From Clostridia bacterium (GTDB taxonomy: Bacteria > Bacillota > Clostridia > Oscillospirales > CAG-272), in assembly GCA_017399025.1 (NCBI GenBank), contig JAFQEK010000045.1, positions 6,661 to 70,660 of the forward strand: 64,000 nt of DNA. The letters are read 5' to 3'. Both the position numbers and the translations under genes were made by a program. Every line of letters starts with the position of its first letter. Position 1 is the first letter of the stretch. This document shows, piece by piece, positions 26,122 through 36,006 of this stretch. The notes under the pieces were generated by a model. It was not told the DNA's origin and made no database searches. It worked only from the letters and a program-made list of their open reading frames with translations.

Positions 26122-28308
26122 TCAGTTTACTTCTTTTTTATCGATTTCTTCTCCGTTCAAAACTTTTTTCGTGTCAGAGAAAAGCTTATTGAGTACCGTA
26201 CTGCGAATATAAACACCTTCCTCTGCGATTTCTTTCTCTTCTTTGATCAGTTCCTTCTGACCGTTTGCAAAGATCTTATACTGCGTCTTGATCATCGTCG
26301 GAACCACATACATACGAGTGGAATTCAACTGTGCGGCGCCGCCGTTTCCGTCAATATATTCGATATAATGGAATTCATAATGGTAGGTTGTTTCCACATA
26401 TTCGCCATAAGTTTCAATGGGAAGATATGTCGTTATTTCAACCGTACCTTGCTCGCTGGCTTTGAAGTCTGTAGGTTTATCATATCCATCTTTCGGATCG
26501 ACCGTTTTCAGGAAAAACCTTCCTGCTTCGGGATCATAATAAGCCTTTTCGTAAACAATGTCCTTTCCTCCTTCAATTGCAGAAGGAACAACCACATTGG
26601 TACAAATATAATTACCTCCCTGATCACGCATGGAAGAACCATCGCGATCACCGTTCTCTTTATACTTAAAATAAGAGATCGGATGGTCTTTGGCAATTGT
26701 TGTGATGGAAAGTGTAGCTACCGGTTTCTCGACGACACGCATGGTCTCATAATCCATGCTGTCGTATAGATCAAATTCTCTGGTCAGCAATACATAGAAA
26801 AGATTTCTGAAGTTTTCAAACTCACCGTAATATTCATGACCGGAATTTCCAAGAAGTCTGTATTTTGCTTCAAAGACAAGCGGAATTTTCTTTCCGTCTT
26901 CCGATTCGGTATAAACAATTTCACCGTTACTTGATTTCAGAACATCTACATGCAAGCTTCTTTCTTTGCCGGAAAATTCAAAACGGGTATCTGTCTCGAA
27001 GCCTTTGATTTCACTGTAAAGATCAATCACTTCCGTATTGGTCAGATATTCATAGAAAAGGTAAGGACTTGTAAATTTTGCCAACTGCCAATCCACAAAG
27101 TCGTAAGTTTCCGCAGAAACCTTTCCAATGACTTCATAAAGAGGAGAATACACATAATAGTATTCCATTTCATTCTCATCCGTTCTCTTTTCGCTGAAAT
27201 ACAGAATGGTTGAGATTTCTTCTTCACCGTCTTCTCCTGTTTCACCTTCCAACTTAAAGGTAACGACAGCATGATTGTTATCCTCAAATTTATCCAAACG
27301 TTCTTCATCCAAATCCAGACCAAAAGCTTCATAGACCTCGGGATCGTGAATTTTCTTGCCATAAGCAACGATTTCATCTGCTCTTACATATGCCAAATTG
27401 TTCAGAATGCTTCCGGAATAAATATCTTCATCAACCACATACGCTTTCGGGAAGAGCATTTCATAGGGATTGGAAGTAGAGGAAACACCCTGATCCTTAA
27501 CCGTTCCTATACGAACAATAACCTTGCGTTCGTCATTCAATATTCTCGTAAGCGTAAAGTCATTCACGGCAAAAATCGTATTACCGAAATAGGGTGCCAA
27601 ATCTGTTGAAATCATAAAATTGCTTGTACTAAGAACCGTTTCGGAAATAGAAGACGGCAACGCATAAATGATGTCATATTCCGTTACACTGCCGTCTGCC
27701 TCAGTAACTTTATTCTTTCTTCCTTCCAGACGGGCATAATAACCTTTGGAAGTTGTCAAAGAATTGCCGATATAAATACGATACGAATCACCGTCGGTCA
27801 AAACAACTTCAAACCATGCGGGATCGGATGCTTCGTCAAGACCGAAACGCGCAAGATCTTCTTCTGTTGCGGTTACGGTAACACGTTCCTGTCCCGGAAT
27901 ATAATTGGTAATCAGAACACGGACATCCGCAAGCAAGGAAGCGAGCGCTTCTTGATTCAACCCAATATCTTCGCTGCCCTCAATCTGAAAAGATCTGACA
28001 TTATCTTCCTGATAAGCATTTAATTTATAATGTTCTACACTATTTTTTATCTCTACGGATTGAATTTTTGAACTTTCATAGATCGGCAAAATATAAATGG
28101 AAGAATATTGGTACATTTCTCCCTCAAAAAGCTCGGGAACATAATTTTCATCGGTATGCAGAAGCGGAGCAATTACGGCAAAATAAACGATTACGCCAAC
28201 CAGCGCCACTGCTGCAAAAATAATAGAAATTCTTGCTGTTTTCTGAAGCGATGTTTTTTCATTCTCGCTTTTGGTGAATAATGCTTTGATTTTTTTAAAA
28301 AAACTCAT
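26122..28308 (-). CDS. DUF4340-like protein with N-terminal TM anchor
   Basis: Last gene of the ABC/ABC-2/GldG-like operon, which is the usual position of DUF4340 proteins. ATG at 28308 overlaps the upstream stop (ATGA). Single N-terminal TM (ISIIFAAVALVGVIVYFAVIAPL). Confidence 0.6.
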   Translation of the reverse strand: MSFFKKIKALFTKSENEKTSLQKTARISIIFAAVALVGVIVYFAVIAPLLHTDENYVPELFEGEMYQYSSIYILPIYESSKIQSVEIKNSVEHYKLNAYQEDNVRSFQIEGSEDIGLNQEALASLLADVRVLITNYIPGQERVTVTATEEDLARFGLDEASDPAWFEVVLTDGDSYRIYIGNSLTTSKGYYARLEGRKNKVTEADGSVTEYDIIYALPSSISETVLSTSNFMISTDLAPYFGNTIFAVNDFTLTRILNDERKVIVRIGTVKDQGVSSTSNPYEMLFPKAYVVDEDIYSGSILNNLAYVRADEIVAYGKKIHDPEVYEAFGLDLDEERLDKFEDNNHAVVTFKLEGETGEDGEEEISTILYFSEKRTDENEMEYYYVYSPLYEVIGKVSAETYDFVDWQLAKFTSPYLFYEYLTNTEVIDLYSEIKGFETDTRFEFSGKERSLHVDVLKSSNGEIVYTESEDGKKIPLVFEAKYRLLGNSGHEYYGEFENFRNLFYVLLTREFDLYDSMDYETMRVVEKPVATLSITTIAKDHPISYFKYKENGDRDGSSMRDQGGNYICTNVVVPSAIEGGKDIVYEKAYYDPEAGRFFLKTVDPKDGYDKPTDFKASEQGTVEITTYLPIETYGEYVETTYHYEFHYIEYIDGNGGAAQLNSTRMYVVPTMIKTQYKIFANGQKELIKEEKEIAEEGVYIRSTVLNKLFSDTKKVLNGEEIDKKEVN

Positions 28309-29888
28309 GAATGGCGTCTCCTTACATATACGACCAAACCGCAGATACTGATTGCGGCGGGAATTGCAACAACACAAACCATTGTCCATGTGTTGGCTGC
28401 CGCTGTGGAAACATCGGTAAGAGAAGTATCTTCAAATGGTTTATATTTGATATCATCATAATAAACGGTGCTATCCCAAGCCAAACGAAGAAGTTCAAGC
28501 ATAATATTGCGGTTTGCATGGGAAGATTCATATTCGGAAGAAAGGAAGTCAGAAGAGCTGACTGCAATCACATAACTGTCCTCATCTTCATTGAGCTCCC
28601 ATATAATATTGGAAACACCCAACAGCGCAACCGAACCTTCCACAGTCGTTTCACCTTTAATGGTCTGCGCGGTGTTATAAGATTTCAGAAGAGGATATGC
28701 TATTGCGCGGGCATTGGATCCCGTAACAATTTCTCTGGAGTCCAGAATCAAAACTTCTTTGGGAGTCGTGAAAATAGTGGTAGGAAGATCCTTGGGTTTT
28801 CTGGAACCAAAAAGTCTTTCCAGAATCTTATCGGATACCGTTTTATCCGTCTTATTGGGATCGTATGTTTGCGAATAATCCGCAAAAATTTTTGCGGCGC
28901 CGGAACCGGAAACAGAATGTGCATTATCCTTTACGGAAGTTCCGAAGCCCAATCCGTATTCGGAAAGAAAATCTTCCAATGCTCTGAGTTTCGGTACACT
29001 CGCATCTTCCACAACGATCATGTTTCCATGTGTATTTCCAAGGAAAACTTTCAATTTATTGATTTCTGAAAAATCCGTTGTGTGAATCAAGTCGGTTTTG
29101 GGGCAGTTGATAATAACAATATCATCTTTGCTTTGCGTATCAAAGTCTTCATCAATAAGATTGATCTCTTTCAGCTCAAAGCCGGCAATTTCCAAAACCT
29201 CTCTCCAATCGCTTGCCTCCTCCAAGGTAGGTTCGGCATGACCCTGAAGATAATAAGCCGTAGGTCTTTCCGCTTTACCTGCCAGAAGCGCAACTGCGGA
29301 AAGAATTTTAGTTTCCGCATTATAACCGGTAAAATTACCCGTTTCGGAATTTACAACAAAGAAAGATCTGGAAGTATATTTTTTTGCGGGAACATTGGGC
29401 AATGCGTTGCCGTTTTTATCGCAAAGTTCGAAAACAATGTCGTCCAGCGCAAGAGTATCCAATGCTGTTTTCTTGTATTTTTCCGCAAGTTCGGGATGAA
29501 CCGTTGTATTGTAAGCAACAAGATTGAAGTTATCGTAACGCTCCACCAACTCTTTGAAAGTCTGGTACAAAATTTGTGTTGTACTGCTATAAGATCTAAA
29601 AACGTCTTCTTCGGAAAAAAGAACAATATTCAGATAAATTTCTTCTCCGTCTCCGGAATCCAAAAGTTTATTCATCTCTTCCACAAAAGGATCGGAAAGA
29701 GAATAGAAAGAAGAAGCTGTCATATCCGTATACCAACCCTGAACGGAAGAAAGGGAGGTAGTAATAATATTCAGAATAATCACAAGCGCAACGAAAATAA
29801 CGGTAATGGTTACAGAAAGAGAACCGTATTTCAAATTTCTTTTATCTTTGGTTTTCATTGCACCTTTGTTTTGATTTGTTTTTGCCAT
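28305..29888 (-). CDS. GldG-like ABC-transport auxiliary component
   Basis: 527 aa with TM helices at both ends and a large central domain, an architecture and operon position typical of GldG/ABC_transp_aux proteins. Confidence 0.65.
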   Translation of the reverse strand: MAKTNQNKGAMKTKDKRNLKYGSLSVTITVIFVALVIILNIITTSLSSVQGWYTDMTASSFYSLSDPFVEEMNKLLDSGDGEEIYLNIVLFSEEDVFRSYSSTTQILYQTFKELVERYDNFNLVAYNTTVHPELAEKYKKTALDTLALDDIVFELCDKNGNALPNVPAKKYTSRSFFVVNSETGNFTGYNAETKILSAVALLAGKAERPTAYYLQGHAEPTLEEASDWREVLEIAGFELKEINLIDEDFDTQSKDDIVIINCPKTDLIHTTDFSEINKLKVFLGNTHGNMIVVEDASVPKLRALEDFLSEYGLGFGTSVKDNAHSVSGSGAAKIFADYSQTYDPNKTDKTVSDKILERLFGSRKPKDLPTTIFTTPKEVLILDSREIVTGSNARAIAYPLLKSYNTAQTIKGETTVEGSVALLGVSNIIWELNEDEDSYVIAVSSSDFLSSEYESSHANRNIMLELLRLAWDSTVYYDDIKYKPFEDTSLTDVSTAAANTWTMVCVVAIPAAISICGLVVYVRRRHS

Positions 29889-29912
29889 TTTTTCAAAATC
29901 CTTTCTTCTGTT

Positions 29913-30629
29913 TTAAGATTTGGACCAACGGCGTTTTTCAAATACACGGATGGTAAGGAAAAGGAACACCGCCGAAAGAGAAATGAAATAAATCAGGGAA
30001 TCATAGCTGAAAATTCCGTAAGAAAAATAACTGTATCTGCTGGTAATGGAAATTCCCGCAAGGAATTGGCGAATGGCTTCATTATTGATATAGGTGTTCA
30101 AAGAACTGATAAAAAGCAAGAAGATAATCGCGCCGATGGTACCGAAAGCGGAAATGAATTGATTTTCTGTCAGGGAAGAAATAAAAATACCAATAGAAAT
30201 GAATGCACTGCCAACCAGGAAAATACCGATCACGCAACCGGCATAGAGCGCAAAATTCGGATGTCCGTACATTACAAGGGGAATATAATAAATAATGGAA
30301 GAGAGCAGGAAGCAACCGCCGAACATGGCAAGAGCAGCAAAATATTTGCCAAAAACGATATCTGCAAGGGTAATCGGTGCGGTCATGATCAGCTGATCGG
30401 TTTTCATTTTGGTTTCTTCACTGACCAGTTTCATGGTCAAAAGCGGAATAATGATAATAAAGAGGAAAAGAATGATACTGAAATAGCCTGTATAATTGGC
30501 ATTTGCTCCGGCTTGTACGGTTTGCAGCATAAATAGAAAACCGCTGACCGCAAAAAAGATTGCGCAGAACATATAGCCGACAGGGGATGTAAAATAGGAA
30601 CGCATTTCGCGTTTAAAAATAGCAATCAT
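29913..30629 (-). CDS. ABC-2 family transporter permease (GldF-like)
   Basis: 238 aa, six hydrophobic segments, the N-terminus MIAIFKREMRSYFTSPVGY is typical of the ABC-2 family. Confidence 0.8.
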   Translation of the reverse strand: MIAIFKREMRSYFTSPVGYMFCAIFFAVSGFLFMLQTVQAGANANYTGYFSIILFLFIIIIPLLTMKLVSEETKMKTDQLIMTAPITLADIVFGKYFAALAMFGGCFLLSSIIYYIPLVMYGHPNFALYAGCVIGIFLVGSAFISIGIFISSLTENQFISAFGTIGAIIFLLFISSLNTYINNEAIRQFLAGISITSRYSYFSYGIFSYDSLIYFISLSAVFLFLTIRVFEKRRWSKS

Positions 30630-30632
30630 AGA

Positions 30633-31604
30633 TCAAATTCTCCTCTTCGTATTTTTTGTATCCGCTGTTTCTGCAGCCTCATCAACAACGGAAATGAATA
30701 TATCTTCCAGATTTGCACCTGTGAATTCCAAGGAAAGAATCGGCCAGGAGCGCTGCGCAAGCATGTAAAAAATCGGTTTACGAACGTCAATTTCATTCTT
30801 ACTTTCCACAATATAGGTTGCGCTTCCGTCTTCATGTTCCACGGAAATTTCCGCATAAATAATACCCGGAATTTTTTTGAGTCCTGCCAAAACAGCAGCA
30901 GAGGGTCCCTCGATGCGAATGGCGATTCTGCGGTTTCCGCGCAAAGCACCCTCAATGTTTTCCGTCAGTTCATCCGCAACGATTTTACCTTCGTTGATGA
31001 TCAAAATTCTGTCACAAACAGCTTTAACTTCGGAAAGAATATGTGTACTGAGAATGATCGTACGTTCTTTGCCGAGTTCACGGATCAGATTACGGATATC
31101 AATAATCTGTTTGGGGTCAAGACCGTTGGTCGGTTCGTCAAAAATAATAACTTCGGGATTGCCGATAATCGCGCCCGCAATACCAACTCTCTGACGGTAA
31201 CCTTTGGAAAGGTTTTTAATCATACGGTTCATGGCATCTTCGATTTTAACCACGCGGCAAACCTCTTCAATATGTGCCTTGCGGTTCAGGGAGCATTTTT
31301 TCAAATCATAAATAAAATTCAGATATTCTTTTACTGTCATTTCCAAATAAAGCGGAGGTGTTTCAGGCAAAAAGCCGATTTTCCTCTTAACTGCCAACGG
31401 ATGCTCCAAAATATCCATGCCGTCAACCATTGCTCTTCCCGAAGTGGAAGAAAGATAACCCGTCAGAATGTTCATTGTTGTGGATTTACCGGCACCGTTC
31501 GGACCGAGGAAACCAACGATTTCGCCCTTTTTCACTTCGAAGCTGATGTCGTTTACAGCGTAACGGTCGCCGTACTGTTTGATCAGGTGTTCAACCTTTA
31601 TCAT
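30633..31604 (-). CDS. ABC transporter ATP-binding protein (GldA-like)
   Basis: Walker A GPNGAGKST, signature LSKGYRQR, Walker B IIFDEP. The ATG at 31604 (MIKVEHL) is preferred over the upstream ORF-track start. Confidence 0.9.
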   Translation of the reverse strand: MIKVEHLIKQYGDRYAVNDISFEVKKGEIVGFLGPNGAGKSTTMNILTGYLSSTSGRAMVDGMDILEHPLAVKRKIGFLPETPPLYLEMTVKEYLNFIYDLKKCSLNRKAHIEEVCRVVKIEDAMNRMIKNLSKGYRQRVGIAGAIIGNPEVIIFDEPTNGLDPKQIIDIRNLIRELGKERTIILSTHILSEVKAVCDRILIINEGKIVADELTENIEGALRGNRRIAIRIEGPSAAVLAGLKKIPGIIYAEISVEHEDGSATYIVESKNEIDVRKPIFYMLAQRSWPILSLEFTGANLEDIFISVVDEAAETADTKNTKRRI

Positions 31605-31799
31605 GGTGTTCAACCATTCCTTTCTTATTTGATGTAGTGAATTGCGTCGATTTTTCGAAATTCGGCGCAATGATGCAAACAGAAAACTGATTTTGGCTGA
31701 AAAAGATATTTCGATTGTGTTCCGTCAATCATATGGACGGACCCGGCTTCTGTTTGGCAAATCGGTTGTTCCGAGAGAACAAAAAATATACACTTCAAC

Positions 31800-31828
31800 A
31801 GTATACCCTATTTTTTTTAAAAAATCAA
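31800..31828 (-). promoter_or_regulatory. sigma-A type promoter of the ABC operon (TTGATT-17-TATACT)
   Basis: On the minus strand the -35 is at 31823-31828 and the -10 at 31800-31805. This implies a ~190-nt 5' UTR. Confidence 0.5.
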
Positions 31829-31921
31829 GTACAGATACCATCAAATTTTATAAATATAGCATATTTTTTTATTTTTTTTGCATTCTTTTTATGAAAAATT
31901 CCCATGTGATGAAAAAAGAGC

Positions 31922-31964
31922 TCCTCTGCACTTTTCCACAAAATTTGTGGAAAAGTGCAGAGGA
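31922..31964. terminator. 43-bp perfect palindrome (21-bp arms) containing convergent DnaA-box 9-mers; terminator-like on the minus strand
   Basis: TCCTCTGCACTTTTCCACAAA-A-TTTGTGGAAAAGTGCAGAGGA, checked base by base. On the minus strand it is followed by GCTCTTTTTT. Confidence 0.7.
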
Positions 31965-31996
31965 ATATCATATTCCCAAAAATCACCGTAAACATT

Positions 31997-32025
31997 GAAA
32001 ATGGCTCCCGATGGGAGCCATTTTC
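31997..32025. terminator. rho-independent terminator after the SLH protein gene
   Basis: GAAAATGGCTCCC-GAT-GGGAGCCATTTTC: a 13-bp stem with a 3-nt loop. Confidence 0.8.
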
Positions 32026-32042
32026 TCAGAAGCAATCTTCAA

Positions 32043-35000
32043 TTATTTGATTACGTAGATAGTATCGTTGATTGCGATATAATCGAATGTAGTCATACCT
32101 TCGAATGTAGCATCTTCAAGTACTTCAAGATCACCGTCATTGTTGATGGTGATGAAAGTAATGCTGTAATCAGAATCACTGAGATCAACATATTCATCAA
32201 GACCATCAGCAGGATCAGAATCTTCGGTCATCTTAGCGAAAATTCCGGTTTCGCCTTCGATGGTAACGATTTCAGCAGTATTGTAGTTGAGATTATCATT
32301 AGCATTAACAACAGCATCATTGGTTACAATCTTGTTGTCACTATCGATAACAAAGTAATGTCCGCGAGCATTAGTTGCTTCTGCAGCAAGTTCTTTATAT
32401 GCCTCTTCGAAATTATCTTCGCCGCCGGTCATTTCGATTTCTACATATACGATCTCGCCTACATCGTTGCCGTCAATGGAGGTTGTACCTACGCTGATCA
32501 AATCAAGGTAAGTGTCATCACCGTTCATAATTGTTCTATAGATGAAATAAGTGGATTTTTCGTTGAAGTATACAACAGTCTGGTTTTCGAGAATGATATA
32601 GTCTGTGAATTCAACAACTTTGTAAGTAGGTTCTTTTTCATCATCGTCATCATCATCACCGTCGTCAGTTTTTACTTCAGGAATTGTAGCATCAACTGTT
32701 ACGTCGTAAGTGTTAACGTCGAGAATTTCACCTTCTGCACCGAATACAACATCACGAGTGATGATTGCGATTGCAGTGATTGCATTGGTTTTTTCGTCTA
32801 CTGCAGTATTCCATTCAACACCGAATACACCCTTGCCCTGGAGTTCATCCAAAGTCTTTGCGATTACGGTAAAGCCGTTTTCGGTAGGAACTACGAAGCG
32901 AACTTCAGTATCTTTGGTATAGTGAGCATTGCCTTCGGGAACACAGTAAACATCACCGTTTTCATAGATATCGATGAATACACCCTTATCACCCTTGTTA
33001 TCGTTGCCAAATGCAATGGTGGGGTAAAGGTTTACAGTATCAATGCGGATTTGTTCGGGATCAACATGTACTCCATATACTTCAAACACATTGTACTTAT
33101 TCAGTTCTTCTGCGATGCTTCCTGCATTAAGTGCAACATTGTTGAGAACTGTTCTCAATGTTTCTTCATCAGTAACAACTTTTTCAACTCTGTCATTATC
33201 GTATACAGGTCTGCCGGTTTCTTCGTCAATTTGATAAATAACTTCTGTGCCCGGCTTAATCTGCAATACAGCACCTGCGGGAACAACAATGGTATTAGCA
33301 CCTTTCTTGAAAGATACTTCTTTATCAAAGACATACCAACCGTTTTCTTCTACATATTTGTATTTTTCTTCCTCCGGAATATCATCATACATGAGGAAAT
33401 CGTCTGCTTCGATGGTGATATCGCCACCTTCGATCTGTTCGCCACTGAATTCAAAAATCCAGCTCATACGTTCCAAAGCAACTTTGAGACCCCAAGAATG
33501 CAACTTATGAGAAGTAGCAAAGTCAACTCTCTCGTATTTGAGAGTGTATACATAAATCTCTTTGTCAGCATCCCAGGTTCTTGCATAGTAAGGTTCATAA
33601 CCCTTGATAGTAGCTACATAAACAAACTCTTCTTCGATCAAGCCGTCCTGTTCACTGTCAACCGGTACAGTAACATATTCAATTTCACAGAGGACACGAC
33701 CTTCATAAATGTCAGTCCAATCATTGGAAATAGAGGTCTTGATGTTGCCTGTGCTGCAAAGGAGATATTTGGTATCTTTATCTTCTTCCGTACTATAACC
33801 ATCTTTCATAACATCTACATAGATGAGATCGGTCTCGCCTTCAACTCTGTCATGTTTGTAAATATCAACATGTTCTTCATTGCCAGGAATAATATTTGTA
33901 TTGGCATCAACGATGTTAATGAGATCGTTGCTCCAGATTTTTGCGTAAACTGCATAGTTTTCGGGGTTAAACATAGAGGAAGCACGTGCTCTGACAGTAT
34001 ATTCAACTACATCGAATACACCGTTTTCATTGGTTTCAACGATAACTACGTCATAAGTGTTGTTACCGCCGTTTACAACAGCAGAAGCAACAAAACCGGT
34101 TGTGATTTTATCATCTTCCGGAGCAGCGATTTCGAGAGAAACAACCATGTTCTCATCCTTGTTGAGAGCGAACTTCACGCATTTATCATTGAGATAAAGA
34201 GCAACCAATTCAGTAACGCTTGCGATACCATTGGAATCTTTAGCCTTCTCATTAAGATCGTGAACAAAGGTCAAAAGATCATATACATTATAAGTGTACT
34301 TATGCGCATCAACGAATGTTGTTTCTTTACCATTTTCATCTACGCGAGTGAATTCATTTTTCATGAACTCAGTAATCTCTGCATGTTCTTTGTCCATGGG
34401 AATCTTTACATCGTAGGGGTCCTGAGTGCCGGGAACATAAATCTTTGCCAAGTAATAGCCTTCGTTTTCATGGGCACTTACATCTTCAAGATAACCGATC
34501 TTAAAATCAGCGGAATGGAATGTTTCGATAATTTCATTGCCTCTGCCTGTAATGGTTTCGGGAACCTTTACAACGAAATTCAAACTGTTTTCAGTTTTCT
34601 GAATTTCTGCTTCGAATTCTACGGAACCGAAGTTTTCAGCATCCTTGATTACAACAGTATCATAAAGAACTTCATCAATTATCTGGATTTCCTGACCGTC
34701 AGCATTGACTACTGTAGTATAAATTACATTTTCTGCTGCTGCGCTGAATACAGCGTATACGAAGCCTTTGTTTGTGGGCACGAGAGCTTTCTTAGCTTCT
34801 TCAACAGACATTTTATTTTCTTCTTTAGTGTTGTTACGGTAGAATACGATATCGCTGTTGTCGCCCTCATTGATATTGTAATCTCTGCCGTCGAAATGAA
34901 GTTTCACATTGCCATTTTCTTCAAACCAATAGAAATCGGGAGCCTTAGGTTCCTTAACATAAGTATTGAGAATGGTTGTGAAAGTTTTTGCAACTTCGTA

Positions 35001-35945
35001 AGAAATACTTACAACAGTATCTGCTTTTTTAGCTACGGTAACCAAAGCGCCTACTTCGGGATAATCTTCTTCTTTAAGAACAGCATTTTCTGCAAGATTG
35101 AGAGCTTTTCTTACGAGCTTATCAAAGTCAGCTTTGGAAATATTTTCGATCTTTTCTCTGTCTTTTACATTCTGAAGAACAGCGCCGTTTTCGTCGATGG
35201 AAACAACGAAATAGTTTTCTTCTTTCACTGCATTTGCATTTACAGTATCGGTAAAGTAATCATCGAGTTGGATACCGTCGAAAGTAACGATCGGATCATT
35301 AGAGCCATCATTACCGTTATTGTTCATGATGGTCGCAACGATGTAAGCTGCTTCACCGTAGGTCAATGTTCTGTAGGGGTTGTAGTAACCGAAGTTTTCA
35401 AGGAAAGTAAGATCGAAAGCGTGGCAGTATGTCTGCGCTGCGCGCATGTAGTTGTATGCCCAGTTTTCGTCTACGCGAGAGTCAACGGTCATAAGACCTT
35501 CAAATCCCATCAATCTTACAATAACAGCGGAAACTTCGCCAAGGGTGATGATTCTGTCGGGAGCGAATTGGTAAACACCATTCTTGTCATCATCTTCACC
35601 TTTGATGAATCCGGACTGGAACGCATACGCAATAGCTGCGTAATAGTTGGCATCATCGATGTCGTCAACCGGCATCTTTCCTTCAAAGTTTGTCTTGTCG
35701 GACCATGCTTCGTCAAGAAGCTGGTGGGATTCGATCTTTGCAATCCAAAGAACGAACTGTTCTCTTGTAATTTCCATATCTGCCTGGCTGGGCGTGATGG
35801 AATCAACACCGATATTGTGAAGGTAATCGATAGCATCCTGATACCATTTGCCTTCATCAGCCTTAGCAGCGGAAACTGTTGCGAATGTTCCTACTACAAG
35901 AATTGCAGCAAGAACAAGAGCAAGAGCTCTCTTAAAGTTTCTCAT
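32043..35945 (-). CDS. large SLH-domain cell-surface protein (S-layer protein candidate)
   Basis: Signal peptide MRNFKRALALVLAAILVVGTFATVSAA. Three N-terminal SLH-like repeats (e.g. YYAAIAYAFQSGFIKG...FAPDRIITLGEVSAVIVRLMG). AGGAGG RBS. 1300 aa. No TTA/CTA/TCA codons at all. Confidence 0.8.
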   Translation of the reverse strand: MRNFKRALALVLAAILVVGTFATVSAAKADEGKWYQDAIDYLHNIGVDSITPSQADMEITREQFVLWIAKIESHQLLDEAWSDKTNFEGKMPVDDIDDANYYAAIAYAFQSGFIKGEDDDKNGVYQFAPDRIITLGEVSAVIVRLMGFEGLMTVDSRVDENWAYNYMRAAQTYCHAFDLTFLENFGYYNPYRTLTYGEAAYIVATIMNNNGNDGSNDPIVTFDGIQLDDYFTDTVNANAVKEENYFVVSIDENGAVLQNVKDREKIENISKADFDKLVRKALNLAENAVLKEEDYPEVGALVTVAKKADTVVSISYEVAKTFTTILNTYVKEPKAPDFYWFEENGNVKLHFDGRDYNINEGDNSDIVFYRNNTKEENKMSVEEAKKALVPTNKGFVYAVFSAAAENVIYTTVVNADGQEIQIIDEVLYDTVVIKDAENFGSVEFEAEIQKTENSLNFVVKVPETITGRGNEIIETFHSADFKIGYLEDVSAHENEGYYLAKIYVPGTQDPYDVKIPMDKEHAEITEFMKNEFTRVDENGKETTFVDAHKYTYNVYDLLTFVHDLNEKAKDSNGIASVTELVALYLNDKCVKFALNKDENMVVSLEIAAPEDDKITTGFVASAVVNGGNNTYDVVIVETNENGVFDVVEYTVRARASSMFNPENYAVYAKIWSNDLINIVDANTNIIPGNEEHVDIYKHDRVEGETDLIYVDVMKDGYSTEEDKDTKYLLCSTGNIKTSISNDWTDIYEGRVLCEIEYVTVPVDSEQDGLIEEEFVYVATIKGYEPYYARTWDADKEIYVYTLKYERVDFATSHKLHSWGLKVALERMSWIFEFSGEQIEGGDITIEADDFLMYDDIPEEEKYKYVEENGWYVFDKEVSFKKGANTIVVPAGAVLQIKPGTEVIYQIDEETGRPVYDNDRVEKVVTDEETLRTVLNNVALNAGSIAEELNKYNVFEVYGVHVDPEQIRIDTVNLYPTIAFGNDNKGDKGVFIDIYENGDVYCVPEGNAHYTKDTEVRFVVPTENGFTVIAKTLDELQGKGVFGVEWNTAVDEKTNAITAIAIITRDVVFGAEGEILDVNTYDVTVDATIPEVKTDDGDDDDDDEKEPTYKVVEFTDYIILENQTVVYFNEKSTYFIYRTIMNGDDTYLDLISVGTTSIDGNDVGEIVYVEIEMTGGEDNFEEAYKELAAEATNARGHYFVIDSDNKIVTNDAVVNANDNLNYNTAEIVTIEGETGIFAKMTEDSDPADGLDEYVDLSDSDYSITFITINNDGDLEVLEDATFEGMTTFDYIAINDTIYVIK

Positions 35946-36006
35946 AAGGTATTCCTCCTAAAAAATTTTTATAAGCAGCTCGATAGCCATACTTATATTT
36001 ATTTTT

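Noticed and set aside
31605-31795. Possible c-di-GMP (GEMM-I) or other known riboswitch in the ABC-operon leader
   Set aside because: There is only a vague resemblance (CCAAACAGAAGCCGGGTCCG). I could not identify the conserved GEMM-I core by eye, and a covariance-model scan would be needed.
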